From positions 736,001-800,000 of the forward strand of contig OZ242195.1 of assembly GCA_965205975.1 (NCBI GenBank): 64,000 bases of DNA, given 5' to 3'. Both the position numbers and the translations under genes were made by a program. Below the pieces are notes generated by a model that did not search any database, was not told the origin of the DNA, and worked only from the letters and a program-made list of their open reading frames with translations. This document shows, piece by piece, positions 48,605-59,100 of the stretch (within the stretch, counting starts at the first letter, position 1; every line of letters begins with the position of its first letter). Source of the stretch: Candidatus Latescibacterota bacterium (lineage in GTDB: Bacteria > Latescibacterota > UBA2968).

Positions 48605-50710
48605 TCAATCTTCGATTAGCACGGTGTCCATCGCTGGAATCTGGACCGATCGGTCCGCCAGTTCTATGGACTCGGACACTGTTGTGAAGTTTGCAACGGC
48701 GGTCACGTCGCTGGTGCGGGATCGGAAGCGATAGGCCCTGATCCCGTCCTGGGCTGTTTGCAGTCTCTCCACGCCATGGCCTATGCGGCGCGTTCCGGCA
48801 CGCCCCTGGCGTATGACACACGCGAAGTTCCGGACGGTTCTACCGCTTGCTCCGGGACGCAGGAATACGCGATCCTGGAGCAAGTTCTTCCACCGCTCGG
48901 GCGTATTTCTCTCCGCGGCATCTTCATACAGAAGCTGCTCGCCACACGTCTCGATCCCCAAACATCCCGCGATCTTGATCCAGGTCGAACCAGTTTCGAT
49001 TATCCGTGCTCGTCCGCCGACGCCTCGTATGGTGCGACGACCGCCTTCGAAGGAGATCGGGACCCGGTTGCCGTTCAGGAAATCGTTCATGATATAGACG
49101 CCAAATCCCTCGTTCAGCGAGAGCGCGACATCCGCGACTGTCCAGTCTATTACGAGCGAAGTTTCCCCGTCTTCGAGCGCGACGACGGCGATCGATTGTC
49201 GAATGCGACCATCCGCGTACTCGATTGCGCCCGTGGTTGTGAAGCCTTTTTCCGATGTGTGATCGGTGTGGAAGAGCGGCGTGGGATTCAGACGCTCGCC
49301 GTTGATCTCGAAACGTCCGACGAAGGCGTCCTGGTCCGATCCCAGCGTGTTCTCTCCGCCAGCCGGCACGACCATTCCCATTATGTTGTGTGATAGGGAT
49401 CGCCAGGCGAATGAGAAGAGGCCTTGCTTGCTGCGGCGAACCTGTAGCCAGACATAGGGATAGGTCTCAGTTCCGACCTGCTCGCGTCTGAATTCCTCGA
49501 CGGATATCGGCGAGACATCGGGTATGCCGGCAATCACGAGAGCGCCCAGCTGCCCCATGATGCCCGTTTCGAACTGGAAGTAGCGACCACCAGCCGCGTG
49601 TGGCATTCGGGCGTTGAATCGGCCGTCTTCTGCGTCCCGCATTGACCCGTCGAGATACACGAGGTTCTGCCACAGCATATGACCTGCAAATCGGTCGCCG
49701 AATTCCTCGAACATGACGGCGTGCTGGTAGTTGATGTCGGATTCGTGGTAGGTCCAGTCCTGGCCGGATGGGTAGGCCGTAAATCCGTTGTAGAGAAAGA
49801 AACGCCTCAGCACCTTCCAGGCATCGTGGACGCGGTGCAGGTAGTGGGGGGGAGGTGTCTTGCCCGTCAGTGTGAAGGCGAGGCGCCCCATCATCAGGAG
49901 GACGCCACAGGCGAGGTACCCCGGATGGAAGGAGCCGTGGTTCTCCACGGTGAGGTCGGGGTGGGACGTTTGCGTGCAGATCCAGTCTTTCAGCGGCCTA
50001 CCGTCGAAGAGTCGCGTATCGACCCGATCGAGGTCCGTGGTGAAGGTGTTGATGGCGAACAGCTTGCCCCGGTAGAGCCATTCGTCCGCGTGGGGATGGT
50101 CGGGTAGGAGGCAATGCGCCCAGGCGAGAAGATAGCTGTCCCACGCATTTTCCTCCTCCTTTGTGTCGTGCCAGCGTCCGTCCGGGGGATCGACCCCGAG
50201 AAATCGATCCGCTTCAAAGGCGAGCACGCGATGGAAGGCTTCGAGCACGTCCGGCTCCAGTTCGTCCGCAACGTGGTTGGCCGCCATTGCGATGTCCGCG
50301 ATCCAGAGGGACGATTCCCAGTCGTCGCCCCACTGACCGTTCCATTCGAGCGGCTCCGTCCTTCGCGATCCGCTCAGATGGTGCGCACAGATCCAGCGGA
50401 GACATCGGTTTAATCGGTCGAGCAGGATGGGTTTCTCGATTCCGGCGACCGAGGGGTCGAAGAACGCGCTTTGATGGAGGGCTGCGTAGCCTCGAAGCTC
50501 ATCGCCCAGGGATCGGATGATCATTTCGTTGATCGGTCCGCCCGGGGGTTGAAATTCGTTCACATCGAGGGAGCCGAAGTAGCCGTGTTCCTCGTCCTCA
50601 TAGACCCAGTACTGCTCGATGTAGGGCACGTGCCGACACATGAGGTGAACGAGGTCGGCCTCGGACGGAAAAGTCGGCGCGCTCGTGTCGAGTGGGGGGT
50701 AGTCGATCAT
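48605..50710 (-). CDS. Hypothetical protein, possibly polysaccharide-lyase-like (alpha-barrel plus beta domain)
   Basis: 701-aa ORF; DTKEEENAWD, TVENHGSFHPGY and YPSGQDW motifs. Confidence 0.65.
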   Translation of the reverse strand: MIDYPPLDTSAPTFPSEADLVHLMCRHVPYIEQYWVYEDEEHGYFGSLDVNEFQPPGGPINEMIIRSLGDELRGYAALHQSAFFDPSVAGIEKPILLDRLNRCLRWICAHHLSGSRRTEPLEWNGQWGDDWESSLWIADIAMAANHVADELEPDVLEAFHRVLAFEADRFLGVDPPDGRWHDTKEEENAWDSYLLAWAHCLLPDHPHADEWLYRGKLFAINTFTTDLDRVDTRLFDGRPLKDWICTQTSHPDLTVENHGSFHPGYLACGVLLMMGRLAFTLTGKTPPPHYLHRVHDAWKVLRRFFLYNGFTAYPSGQDWTYHESDINYQHAVMFEEFGDRFAGHMLWQNLVYLDGSMRDAEDGRFNARMPHAAGGRYFQFETGIMGQLGALVIAGIPDVSPISVEEFRREQVGTETYPYVWLQVRRSKQGLFSFAWRSLSHNIMGMVVPAGGENTLGSDQDAFVGRFEINGERLNPTPLFHTDHTSEKGFTTTGAIEYADGRIRQSIAVVALEDGETSLVIDWTVADVALSLNEGFGVYIMNDFLNGNRVPISFEGGRRTIRGVGGRARIIETGSTWIKIAGCLGIETCGEQLLYEDAAERNTPERWKNLLQDRVFLRPGASGRTVRNFACVIRQGRAGTRRIGHGVERLQTAQDGIRAYRFRSRTSDVTAVANFTTVSESIELADRSVQIPAMDTVLIED

Positions 50711-50946
50711 GTGGACGCTCCCGACTCTACGGTTTCGTGTGGTTCGTCGCAGCGGAAAACGACGAGTTTGCCGCTGTCGATGCGGTTTTTCACATCCCGC
50801 ACGAATTCACGGGCGAGGTTGGTATCGTAGAGTACCAGGGCGCCCGGTGACTGTGTGTGGGTTTGGAGTCGCTCCGATTTTTCACTCCAGGTCGATTGAA
50901 GCGTGTCGGATGCATCTCCTTCTGCGATAAGTATGACGTATGCCAT
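50707..50946 (-). CDS. Small hypothetical protein or remnant
   Basis: AGGAAG RBS, 79 aa, ATGA overlap with the downstream gene. Confidence 0.4.
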   Translation of the reverse strand: MAYVILIAEGDASDTLQSTWSEKSERLQTHTQSPGALVLYDTNLAREFVRDVKNRIDSGKLVVFRCDEPHETVESGAST

Positions 50947-51165
50947 GTGGTTTCTTCCTATTATGTGCTCATATCTAAATGAAGTATTCCTGCCTTTCGG
51001 TTATCAGGGGTATTATACCTAATTATGCGAACTTTTGTTCAAAAAATACGTCGGTTGCATGATGGATCAAAAACATGGCACCAGGCTCGTCAAAAGTCAG
51101 TTGGTAGTCAACGCCATTGAGCGTATCTTCCGTGCGAAATGAGCCATCTTCAGCCATTGAGGAGG

Positions 51166-53022
51166 TCAACTATGGTAGCGGATACAGAACTCCGCAAACA
51201 GCACCAGCGTGATGCGATCCTTCGAGATCGTATGCGGAAGGCATTTGACATGGCGTACGACACGGATGCTGCGCTCATCGTCCGCTGGAATCCGTTCTTT
51301 CCCCGTTTCAACGGCCACACCGTCGCCCAGCAATCCCTGGACTACGCCATCCTCCTGCTGCTGTCCGACGACCGCACCTACGGGACGGACGATGCCGGTG
51401 AGGCCAACCGAATCATTCGCCGAATCCTGGATCACCAGGACCTGCGACCGAAGTCCGAGACCTTCGGCAATTTCTTCTGGCGGTGGTAACGGGAATTCCT
51501 GGAGCATGACGCGGTGCATCATTTCCTTCATTAGTTGCTGACGCGTCTGCTGGTATGCCGGATCATGTACGACGTTGACCAGTTCGTCGGGGTCTCTGGT
51601 GAGATCGAAGAGTTCTTCCCCGTCATCGCGCCCTGGCGTGACCGAGTAGCGGAATTCGCTGTTTCGCAGCGTCTCTTTCCAGGGGAACTTCATGATCCCC
51701 TCATGGAAGGGCGACTCGCACAGGCCGCCGAACGACTCGGAGAATGCCGACTGCCGCCAGTCCGAAACCCGCTCTCCCTTGCACAGGGGCATCAGCGAAC
51801 GGCCGGCACATAGCGGATGGCCATCGCCGACTCCACGCCGCGACAGAGGCCTCGGATGATGTTCTATAAGCGTTTCGTGCATATCCAACACGGTAGGGCA
51901 GATGTCTTCGTGCTGCACGATGAGGTCGCAAGAGCTGCCCTGCTTCAGGCCCGGTCCGGCTACAATCAGCGGGATGCGGATGACGGCGTCGTAGTGTCTG
52001 GCGGATTTTCCGCCCAGATTGTGGTCCATGAGCATCTCGCCGTGGTCAGACACAAAGATGAAGTAGCTGTTCTCCATCCTGCCAACTTGTTCCAGGCGCT
52101 CCAGGATGCGACCGATCTGTTCGTCGAGGTGGATAAAATCGGCAAAGTAGAGCTTGCGGTAGTAGCGCCAGTTGGGGATCCTGTCAGGCCCATTCCAGTG
52201 GTCCGTGTCGTAACCGACAGGGTCGGGGATGAGATCCTCGTTGACCCTCTCCAGGAATCGCTCCGGCGGATGAAATGGGGGGTGGGGCTGAACATAGCTG
52301 ATGTGGGTGTATAGAGGTTGATCTGGGGGCGTTTCATCGATGAAATTCAGGGCATGTTCCGTGATCCAGTTGGTCTGGGAAATCTCTTCAGGGAAGGGTA
52401 GGGGATAGTAGCCTTCGGTGCGGGTTTTGTTCCCTCCGTCATCGCCTTTAGTCCATGCCATTTTCTTCTTTGCCCGGCGCATCCTTTCGGTCAGGTTGAC
52501 TTTCCGCTCGCCATACGCATCGTAATAAGGCAACTGAGAATTCCAGTTTGCCGGGGTTGCCATGATCGCATCATAGTGTTCGGGATGCTCCTTCTCGATC
52601 CAGTCGTGCCACTCGCCAGTCCGGTTGTCTTCGGTGTTGTGGACAACGTCCCAGCCATATTCCCGGTAGTCCGGGTATGGGTAGTATTCCGAGTCAAAGG
52701 GATAGAAGTGGATCTTGCCGAACGCGCCGGTTCGCCATCCGGCCATCTGCAATGTCTTCATGAAAGTGGGGATGTCGGGATTGAGCCGGTAGCCATTGGA
52801 GAGCAGGCCGTGGCCTCGGCTGGTCAGACCCGTGGCAATGCCCGCCCGGGCCGGACAGCAGACCGGGTTGTTGGAAAATGCATTGCTGAAGGTCACGCCC
52901 ATGCTCTGGAGGCGTTTCAGGTTGGGCAGGTCGCAGATGCCATTCATGGCCGCTTCCAGCCACTTGGCCCCCATCTGATCGACCATGAGGAAGATGACGT
53001 TGGGTTTGTTGTTTGAGTTCAT
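51166..53022 (-). CDS. Sulfatase that lost its native C-terminus near 51480 and reads on through the antisense fragment
   Basis: MVDQ, NPVCCPAR, SDHGE; similarity to paralogues ends at QEFPLPP. Confidence 0.85.
   Translation of the reverse strand: MNSNNKPNVIFLMVDQMGAKWLEAAMNGICDLPNLKRLQSMGVTFSNAFSNNPVCCPARAGIATGLTSRGHGLLSNGYRLNPDIPTFMKTLQMAGWRTGAFGKIHFYPFDSEYYPYPDYREYGWDVVHNTEDNRTGEWHDWIEKEHPEHYDAIMATPANWNSQLPYYDAYGERKVNLTERMRRAKKKMAWTKGDDGGNKTRTEGYYPLPFPEEISQTNWITEHALNFIDETPPDQPLYTHISYVQPHPPFHPPERFLERVNEDLIPDPVGYDTDHWNGPDRIPNWRYYRKLYFADFIHLDEQIGRILERLEQVGRMENSYFIFVSDHGEMLMDHNLGGKSARHYDAVIRIPLIVAGPGLKQGSSCDLIVQHEDICPTVLDMHETLIEHHPRPLSRRGVGDGHPLCAGRSLMPLCKGERVSDWRQSAFSESFGGLCESPFHEGIMKFPWKETLRNSEFRYSVTPGRDDGEELFDLTRDPDELVNVVHDPAYQQTRQQLMKEMMHRVMLQEFPLPPPEEIAEGLGLRSQVLVIQDSANDSVGLTGIVRPVGAVVGQQQEDGVVQGLLGDGVAVETGKERIPADDERSIRVVRHVKCLPHTISKDRITLVLFAEFCIRYHS
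51172..51489 (+). pseudogene. 5' fragment of a hypothetical gene, cut at a convergent junction
   Basis: GAGGAGG RBS, MVADTELRK...ILDHQD..FGNFFW, then runs into antisense sulfatase sequence. Confidence 0.65.
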
Positions 53023-53050
53023 CGACAAGCCTCTTATCAGGTTACATTTT

Positions 53051-54685
53051 TTAGTGAATACCAAACCAGAACAGATCACGCGGAGACACAGGATAATCCT
53101 GGCGGATAATCTGTTCCATCAGGCGATCTTTCATCTCCCGGCGTAAAGCGGCATGCTCCGGATCATTGACAAGATTCTTCTGCTCGTCCGGATCCGCCTC
53201 GAGATCGAAAAGTTGCTCGCCGTGTCCATCGGGGTAAAATGTATATCGGTATCTGGATGTGCGTACGGTGCGCGCCCAGGCTCCCAGAGTCCCTGGACCG
53301 AAGCATGGAAAAGATTCAACGTACGCCTCTTCCCGCCAATCGTCCGGCACCTCTCCACGGCAAAGCTCAACCAATGACCTTCCTGAAATCGCTGGCGCAC
53401 TGTCGTCCAGGTGGCCACCAAAATGGCGAAAGCGCAGGTGAGGCAGGGGCACGTCGGTCATTTCGAGAATGGTGGGGCAGAGGTCTTCCAGTTGTACGAT
53501 TTCCTGGCATATGGCGTTTTTCTGCAGGCCGGGACCCACAATGATTAGTGGCACTCGAATACCGCCGTCGTAGTGGCGCTCCTGTTTTTGCCAGAAGCCG
53601 TGATCACCGAGAAATTCACCGTGATCAGACACAAAAATGATGTACGTGTTGTCAAGACGCCCGGCGTCTTGCAAAGCCTTCCTGACCCGACCCAGTTGTT
53701 CGTCCAGGTGGGTAATGTCGGCAAAGTAGCAATGACGCTCGTGGCTGAGATCCGGTATCAGGGGGGGCTGTTCATTCGAACTGGATGTAACAGCTATATC
53801 TTTCATCCAGGATGGTCGGTCGTCGCTCTCGCCGTGCAACACCCGCGCCATTTTCTGAAAATATTCGGGTGCGTCAGTATCGTTGAGCCAATCCGCCGGG
53901 ACCGGAGCGGGGATTTTCTCGGGGTTGACGCGGTCCATGAATTCGCCTGGGGGACAAAACGGGCCGTGGGGTGCCACGTAGCTGATATGGACAAAGAAAG
54001 ACTGCTCCGAATGGGTGTCGCGGATGAAATCCAGCGCCCTTGCAGTTATCCACGATGACTGCGATACCTCCTCGGGAAACGGCAGTGTATAGGCCTTGGG
54101 AGAGTTCTTGGGCCACGCCTCTGTGGGGTGTGGATAACGCTCTTTAGCGGCGCGTATGGCCGGTCTCAGATCGACGCCATCGGGACCGTATTCGGCGTAA
54201 CCCGGAACAGCGGGCCAGGCCGTTGAAAGGGCCGCTTCATAATGTTCAGGATGCGCCTCTTTGACCCAGTCGAGCCACTCGCCAGCGCGGTCATCCTCAG
54301 TGCCGTGTACGACATCGAAACCATAGGGGTGGTAGTCGTGTACGAGGCTTTCGTGATGCGGCCTGAGGTGTAGCTTTCCGAAAGCGCCAGTCCGCCACCC
54401 TTCCTTTTGCAGTGCTTGCATGAAGGTCGGAATCTCAGGGTTGAGCGCGTATCCGTTCATGATCAAACCATGCGCTCTCGAACAAAGCCCGGTGGCAATC
54501 GTTGCCCGGGTAGGTGAGCATACCGGATTGCTGGAGAATGTCCGGGCAAAGGACGTGCCGTTTTCACGCAGCCAGTCCAGGTTCGGCAGGGCGCAGATTC
54601 CTCTGTCCCGAGCCACTTCGAGCCACCTGGCCGACAACTGATCGACCATGAAAAGGATGACGTTGGGTTTGTTTTGTGACTGCAT
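53051..54685 (-). CDS. Sulfatase
   Basis: MVDQ, NPVCSPTR, FGKLH, SDHGE. Confidence 0.92.
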   Translation of the reverse strand: MQSQNKPNVILFMVDQLSARWLEVARDRGICALPNLDWLRENGTSFARTFSSNPVCSPTRATIATGLCSRAHGLIMNGYALNPEIPTFMQALQKEGWRTGAFGKLHLRPHHESLVHDYHPYGFDVVHGTEDDRAGEWLDWVKEAHPEHYEAALSTAWPAVPGYAEYGPDGVDLRPAIRAAKERYPHPTEAWPKNSPKAYTLPFPEEVSQSSWITARALDFIRDTHSEQSFFVHISYVAPHGPFCPPGEFMDRVNPEKIPAPVPADWLNDTDAPEYFQKMARVLHGESDDRPSWMKDIAVTSSSNEQPPLIPDLSHERHCYFADITHLDEQLGRVRKALQDAGRLDNTYIIFVSDHGEFLGDHGFWQKQERHYDGGIRVPLIIVGPGLQKNAICQEIVQLEDLCPTILEMTDVPLPHLRFRHFGGHLDDSAPAISGRSLVELCRGEVPDDWREEAYVESFPCFGPGTLGAWARTVRTSRYRYTFYPDGHGEQLFDLEADPDEQKNLVNDPEHAALRREMKDRLMEQIIRQDYPVSPRDLFWFGIH

Positions 54686-54695
54686 AATGATTTCT

Positions 54696-55634
54696 CTATG
54701 CTGATTTTCCGGACGGGCAGATCGTGTCTATCTTGTCCAGGGTGGCTCTATCGAGTTCCCCATCGGCAGCGGCAGCGTTCTGTTTTGCCTGCTCGGGTGT
54801 CTTCATTCCGGGAATGGGGCAGGTAACGGCAGGATTGGCGAGGGTGAACCTGAGCGCGAGGTCAACCATGTTCATGCCTTTGGGTACTAACTCGCGCAGT
54901 GCCGCAACCTTGTCGAGTTTGGCGAGGAAATCATCGCGTTGACTTTTTCCTGGATTCCAGAGATCTCGAACCGTGTCTTCAAACCTTGTATCTGCGGTGA
55001 ATTTATCCGCCAAAAGACCCTGAGCGATTGGTCCTCGCAGTAACACCCCGATATTGTTGTCCAGACAGTGGGGGAGGATGTCATTTTCAGGTCGCCGGTT
55101 AAGGAGCGAGTAGTTGATTTGGCACGATGCACATGCGCCCTCTGAGTTGAGCGCTTTGAGCGAATTTAGGTCGTTGGTAGATATCGCGTAGTGACGGATC
55201 TTTCCCTCTTTCTTTAACAACTCAAAGGCTTCGACAAAGATCTCGGGATGTTCCGGGGTTCCGATGTGACACTGATACAGGTCGATATAATCTGTATCGA
55301 GACGGTAAAGGCTTGCGTGACAGCAATTGATGATGCTGTATATCGTCCTGTACCCGAGGGGGTCTCCCTGACGGCGTCCCCAGTTGCCAACCTTTGTCGC
55401 GATATAGACCTCAGATCGCTTGCTTTTCAGCGCTTTGCCTGTGTAGATTTCACTCTGACCACAACCGTAGCCATCCGCGGTGTCAAACAAATTAACGCCC
55501 GCGTCGAGAGCCGCGTTGATGGTGTCGAGGGCCTGCTTTTCTTCAACCGGGCCCCACTGGCCGCCGATGCCCCAGCATCCCATGGAGACAGTGCTCACAT
55601 TCCACCCCGTTTTCCCAAGCGTTCTATACTGCAT
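54696..55634 (-). CDS. Aldo/keto reductase
   Basis: FDTADGYG, IATKVG, DYIDLYQCH, PIPG. Confidence 0.93.
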   Translation of the reverse strand: MQYRTLGKTGWNVSTVSMGCWGIGGQWGPVEEKQALDTINAALDAGVNLFDTADGYGCGQSEIYTGKALKSKRSEVYIATKVGNWGRRQGDPLGYRTIYSIINCCHASLYRLDTDYIDLYQCHIGTPEHPEIFVEAFELLKKEGKIRHYAISTNDLNSLKALNSEGACASCQINYSLLNRRPENDILPHCLDNNIGVLLRGPIAQGLLADKFTADTRFEDTVRDLWNPGKSQRDDFLAKLDKVAALRELVPKGMNMVDLALRFTLANPAVTCPIPGMKTPEQAKQNAAAADGELDRATLDKIDTICPSGKSA

Positions 55635-55647
55635 GGTATTCCTCCGT

Positions 55648-56496
55648 TTATGCTTTTTTCCGACGAGGCGTCACGCGCCAGTCGGTTCGCAGTTTGGCAA
55701 CGCGGTCAGCCGGCTGCTGCAGGAAGCGCTTGACTCTTACACTGGCTTTCGCTTGCAGCTCAGGCCCGGCCAGTTCCCAGGCATTGTAGAACAGCCGGTC
55801 GCCGTTTGGTACGATGCGGATGTTCAGGGTGCGCCGGGGCTTGTGAGTCTGATTTACGCCTGCGCAATGCAGGCCTCCCGCGTTTACAATCAGTAAATCA
55901 CCCGGATCGCCGGTCGCCTGGATCTTGTTGCTGTCTGAATCCGGCTCGGGATCCATCATTTCGGGTTCGTCGGCTTTGAAACAATGTGTGCGCGGAATCA
56001 ACCGGGTGCCGCCATTTTCCGCTGAATAGCCGTCGAGCATAAAGAAGAACCACAGGCCGTTGTGCTTGCCTTCGTCCGTGAGGCCGGGCCTGAAGTCGCG
56101 ATGGAAGCGCCCCTGCCGCGCTTCCGGGTGATAGCGTACAGTGTTGGCAACGAGATCTAAAAAATGGTAGGTGCCCAGAGCGCGTTCGCAGATCCCGTGA
56201 ACGGTGTCGTGGTCGAGCAGATCCATGGCCGCTTTACCCCACATGAAACAGGCGCGGGCGTTCGGATTGATTGTGAAGTTGCGTTTTCCCTTTCCGTCGA
56301 GAATGCGCACTTCGGGCAACTTCATCCCTCCTCGCCACTCGGCGATATAATCATCCGCTGCACGCTGGGCGATATCCCGAAGAGGGTCGAGATACCCGGG
56401 TGCGATTTGCTCCCGCAGGATGACATAACCGTTTTCTTGCAGATCGGCTACATGTGCGTCCAATTCCCCGTCGCTCATTGGATGGACTGGTTGCAT
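55648..56496 (-). CDS. PhyH-family dioxygenase
   Basis: ENGYVIL, FHRD, NGGTRLIPRTH, GLHCAG. Confidence 0.88.
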   Translation of the reverse strand: MQPVHPMSDGELDAHVADLQENGYVILREQIAPGYLDPLRDIAQRAADDYIAEWRGGMKLPEVRILDGKGKRNFTINPNARACFMWGKAAMDLLDHDTVHGICERALGTYHFLDLVANTVRYHPEARQGRFHRDFRPGLTDEGKHNGLWFFFMLDGYSAENGGTRLIPRTHCFKADEPEMMDPEPDSDSNKIQATGDPGDLLIVNAGGLHCAGVNQTHKPRRTLNIRIVPNGDRLFYNAWELAGPELQAKASVRVKRFLQQPADRVAKLRTDWRVTPRRKKA

Positions 56497-56511
56497 AGGT
56501 TGATCTCCTTA
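56478..56511 (-). repeat. Direct repeat C1: RBS plus first 6 codons (MQPVHP) of the PhyH gene
   Basis: 32/34 identical to 60463-60496. Confidence 0.9.
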
Positions 56512-56535
56512 TTGTTCGTCCACAATGTTTGTCCT

Positions 56536-59043
56536 TCAGTCTTTTTTTAACTCGGGAATATTGTTCGGCATAAAAGATAGCTCTCGCATACCTTCGTCGC
56601 CCAAAAACTGAATTGTAACACCACCTATGGATAGCATGTGCTGCAAATCCTCAATATTTCTCACCTTCTCATTGTCCACAGACAAAATCACAGTATCGCC
56701 TAATAACCCTACCTGAGCGGCTTCTGACTCTGCTGGAACATCAATTACCAAAACACCATCATTGTGCTCTAATTCCACAGCCCCGATCACCGCAGATTCC
56801 CGACCATAATTTACCAGACTACGCAAGGTCGCCCCCATCCAGTCATACAGATCAGCATTGACATAGGTGCCCCAAAACTCAGCGTTTTTATCAAACGCTT
56901 GCCCCAGACCAGACCAGATGCGCACGTCAGATTTGAACCTCGAATCTTGCACACCAAATTGATCCATAGGGAAATTTTCAAATCCGACCTCAGATCCAAA
57001 TTCCGCCCGATAATCTCCAGATGATGGATTGTAAAAACCTGGATCACATGTTTTCGAATGCACGTCCAGACCCAACGCCCTGTGCTCTTCCGGAGGCTCA
57101 TAAACCGCAAACAGATTTTCATCCACCAAATTATCTTCTCCCTGGCAACCCGCCATTCCCATTCCGCGCGGTGAATAAGCTTCTCGACGAACAAGAATAT
57201 TTCGCCAAACCACATCGCCGCTATTGGGATACCAAACGTGTGGGCTGAATAAGGTAGAAATATTGTTCTCTACAGTTCGAAAAAAGCCTTCACGCAACTT
57301 GATACCACCTTGCAAACACAAATTGCCATAAATGTGATAATGCCCGGACCCATCGTCTAAATCAATATCGTATCCATGCGCACATTGAATCCGATTGTGG
57401 CGCAAAACAATTGGATCGACACAATCCAGCTTCGCCATCGTGCGCATGCGGGCGAATTCTTCAGGTGTTGCCTCGCCCTTTAGCTTCATCCAGTACCGAT
57501 CCCGTCCCCACGAATTATAAGCTCCGTGTTCTCGCGTGGCCATTGACGTATCAAAAATATCGTTCCATTCAATCACATGTCCACCCCAACATCCATCGTT
57601 CACATTGATCGCAGCACGCGGCACATCGTAAATACTATTATGGCTGACTGTAATCTCTTTGGCCTTAGAAATGAACACACCTGCAATCTGTTTCTCTACA
57701 CTGCCCAACTGCGTCATCAAATTGTCGTGAATCACACACCGGGCCGGATAATTGTTGTTCTGAGGCCCTGCTTCTAAATCGACCAACTCATGTCCTTCAT
57801 CCAGCATTTCAGACGGCAACTTTGCCATACTCTCATTCTCAAATGGCCTGCCATTTACCATCGGTGTTTCACCCCGCATACCTTCAGGCCACCCCCACCA
57901 ATGTGCCCATCGCGACCTCACGGCAGAATTATTTCCCTCAAGTAAAACAGCACTCGCACCCGTCTTTACAAACCGACACCCGCTCACAGTGACGTCCCGA
58001 CTATAATTTTGAATAAAAACCCCATTCCCACCTATGCGCTCAAACGAGCAATTTTGAACGGTGCACAATTCAGCGCCTTCAAAAACAACAGCGCCTCCCC
58101 GATACACCTTCCAATCGCCACCACTTGGTATGACATCCGTTTCCATAAACGTGTAAGACGTATGGGTCAGTGTCAGCCCATCCAGAGTGATATAACAAAC
58201 GGGGTTGTCCTCCGACCCTCGAAACTCAAACAAATGCCTCAGCACCACGACTTCCACTGTGGCATCGTCAAGAGTCTGTCCTTCTTCAGGCTTGAAATAC
58301 AGTGTATGCGTTTTTCGATCTAAAAACCATTCTTTAGGAGCGTCCAATTCTTCAAACACGTTTTCAATAAACATCCGTCCTTCAGCCAACACATCATACG
58401 GATTGGTTCTTCGCCCACTGTTTTGCCACCCACCTTCTACCTTCCGATCCTTCTCGTACTCAAAGGTATAAACCCCATCTGGATCTTTTTCCAAAATACG
58501 AAAGTGCAATGTACCCCACCCCATCGACATCATCCCGTGTACAAAAGCACCCACCGGATTGGCATATCCTTTTAAGCGCGCCGAATCAATGGCATCTTGA
58601 GAGGTCTCTGGCGAAATCCATCGAATGCTGCCATCAAAAAACCCATCTCGCGGATCAGCATTTGGATAGCGACAGCGAACCATCTTTTCACCATTGATAA
58701 AAAGCTGATCAAAATCCAAGCCCTCAGGCACCTTAGCCTTCACCAGCCCATCTCCGGCGTCTTCCCAAATCAAGTCCACAGACTCTGCCCCACTAACAAC
58801 AACCTCTTCGTCCTCATAAGCCCGATAAACAATGGGCGCATCTTTCGTCCCAGAATCTTCTGCACCAAAAATGAGTGTCTCGTTCAAATAATAAGTTCCC
58901 TGTCTCAAGCACACTGTTATCGGCCCGTTTTGTTTGCATGCACGAACAACCTCTTGCGCCTGTTTTAGCGTAGCAAGAGGTTGTTCTTCGGTGCCAGAAT
59001 TTCTATCATCACCTTTAGATGAAACAAAAAGCGTCTGACCCAT
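56536..59043 (-). CDS. Right-handed beta-helix protein with C-terminal PDZ domain (GH141-like)
   Basis: FVSSKGDD..GT..PLATL, FIENVFEELDAPKEW, HNSIYDVPR, DLDDGS; PDZ-like tail. Confidence 0.8.
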   Translation of the reverse strand: MGQTLFVSSKGDDRNSGTEEQPLATLKQAQEVVRACKQNGPITVCLRQGTYYLNETLIFGAEDSGTKDAPIVYRAYEDEEVVVSGAESVDLIWEDAGDGLVKAKVPEGLDFDQLFINGEKMVRCRYPNADPRDGFFDGSIRWISPETSQDAIDSARLKGYANPVGAFVHGMMSMGWGTLHFRILEKDPDGVYTFEYEKDRKVEGGWQNSGRRTNPYDVLAEGRMFIENVFEELDAPKEWFLDRKTHTLYFKPEEGQTLDDATVEVVVLRHLFEFRGSEDNPVCYITLDGLTLTHTSYTFMETDVIPSGGDWKVYRGGAVVFEGAELCTVQNCSFERIGGNGVFIQNYSRDVTVSGCRFVKTGASAVLLEGNNSAVRSRWAHWWGWPEGMRGETPMVNGRPFENESMAKLPSEMLDEGHELVDLEAGPQNNNYPARCVIHDNLMTQLGSVEKQIAGVFISKAKEITVSHNSIYDVPRAAINVNDGCWGGHVIEWNDIFDTSMATREHGAYNSWGRDRYWMKLKGEATPEEFARMRTMAKLDCVDPIVLRHNRIQCAHGYDIDLDDGSGHYHIYGNLCLQGGIKLREGFFRTVENNISTLFSPHVWYPNSGDVVWRNILVRREAYSPRGMGMAGCQGEDNLVDENLFAVYEPPEEHRALGLDVHSKTCDPGFYNPSSGDYRAEFGSEVGFENFPMDQFGVQDSRFKSDVRIWSGLGQAFDKNAEFWGTYVNADLYDWMGATLRSLVNYGRESAVIGAVELEHNDGVLVIDVPAESEAAQVGLLGDTVILSVDNEKVRNIEDLQHMLSIGGVTIQFLGDEGMRELSFMPNNIPELKKD

Positions 59044-59100
59044 AAAATCACTCCTTGCACACCTGGTTTTGAATAAGGGGTCATACTTATTTGGCGGAAA

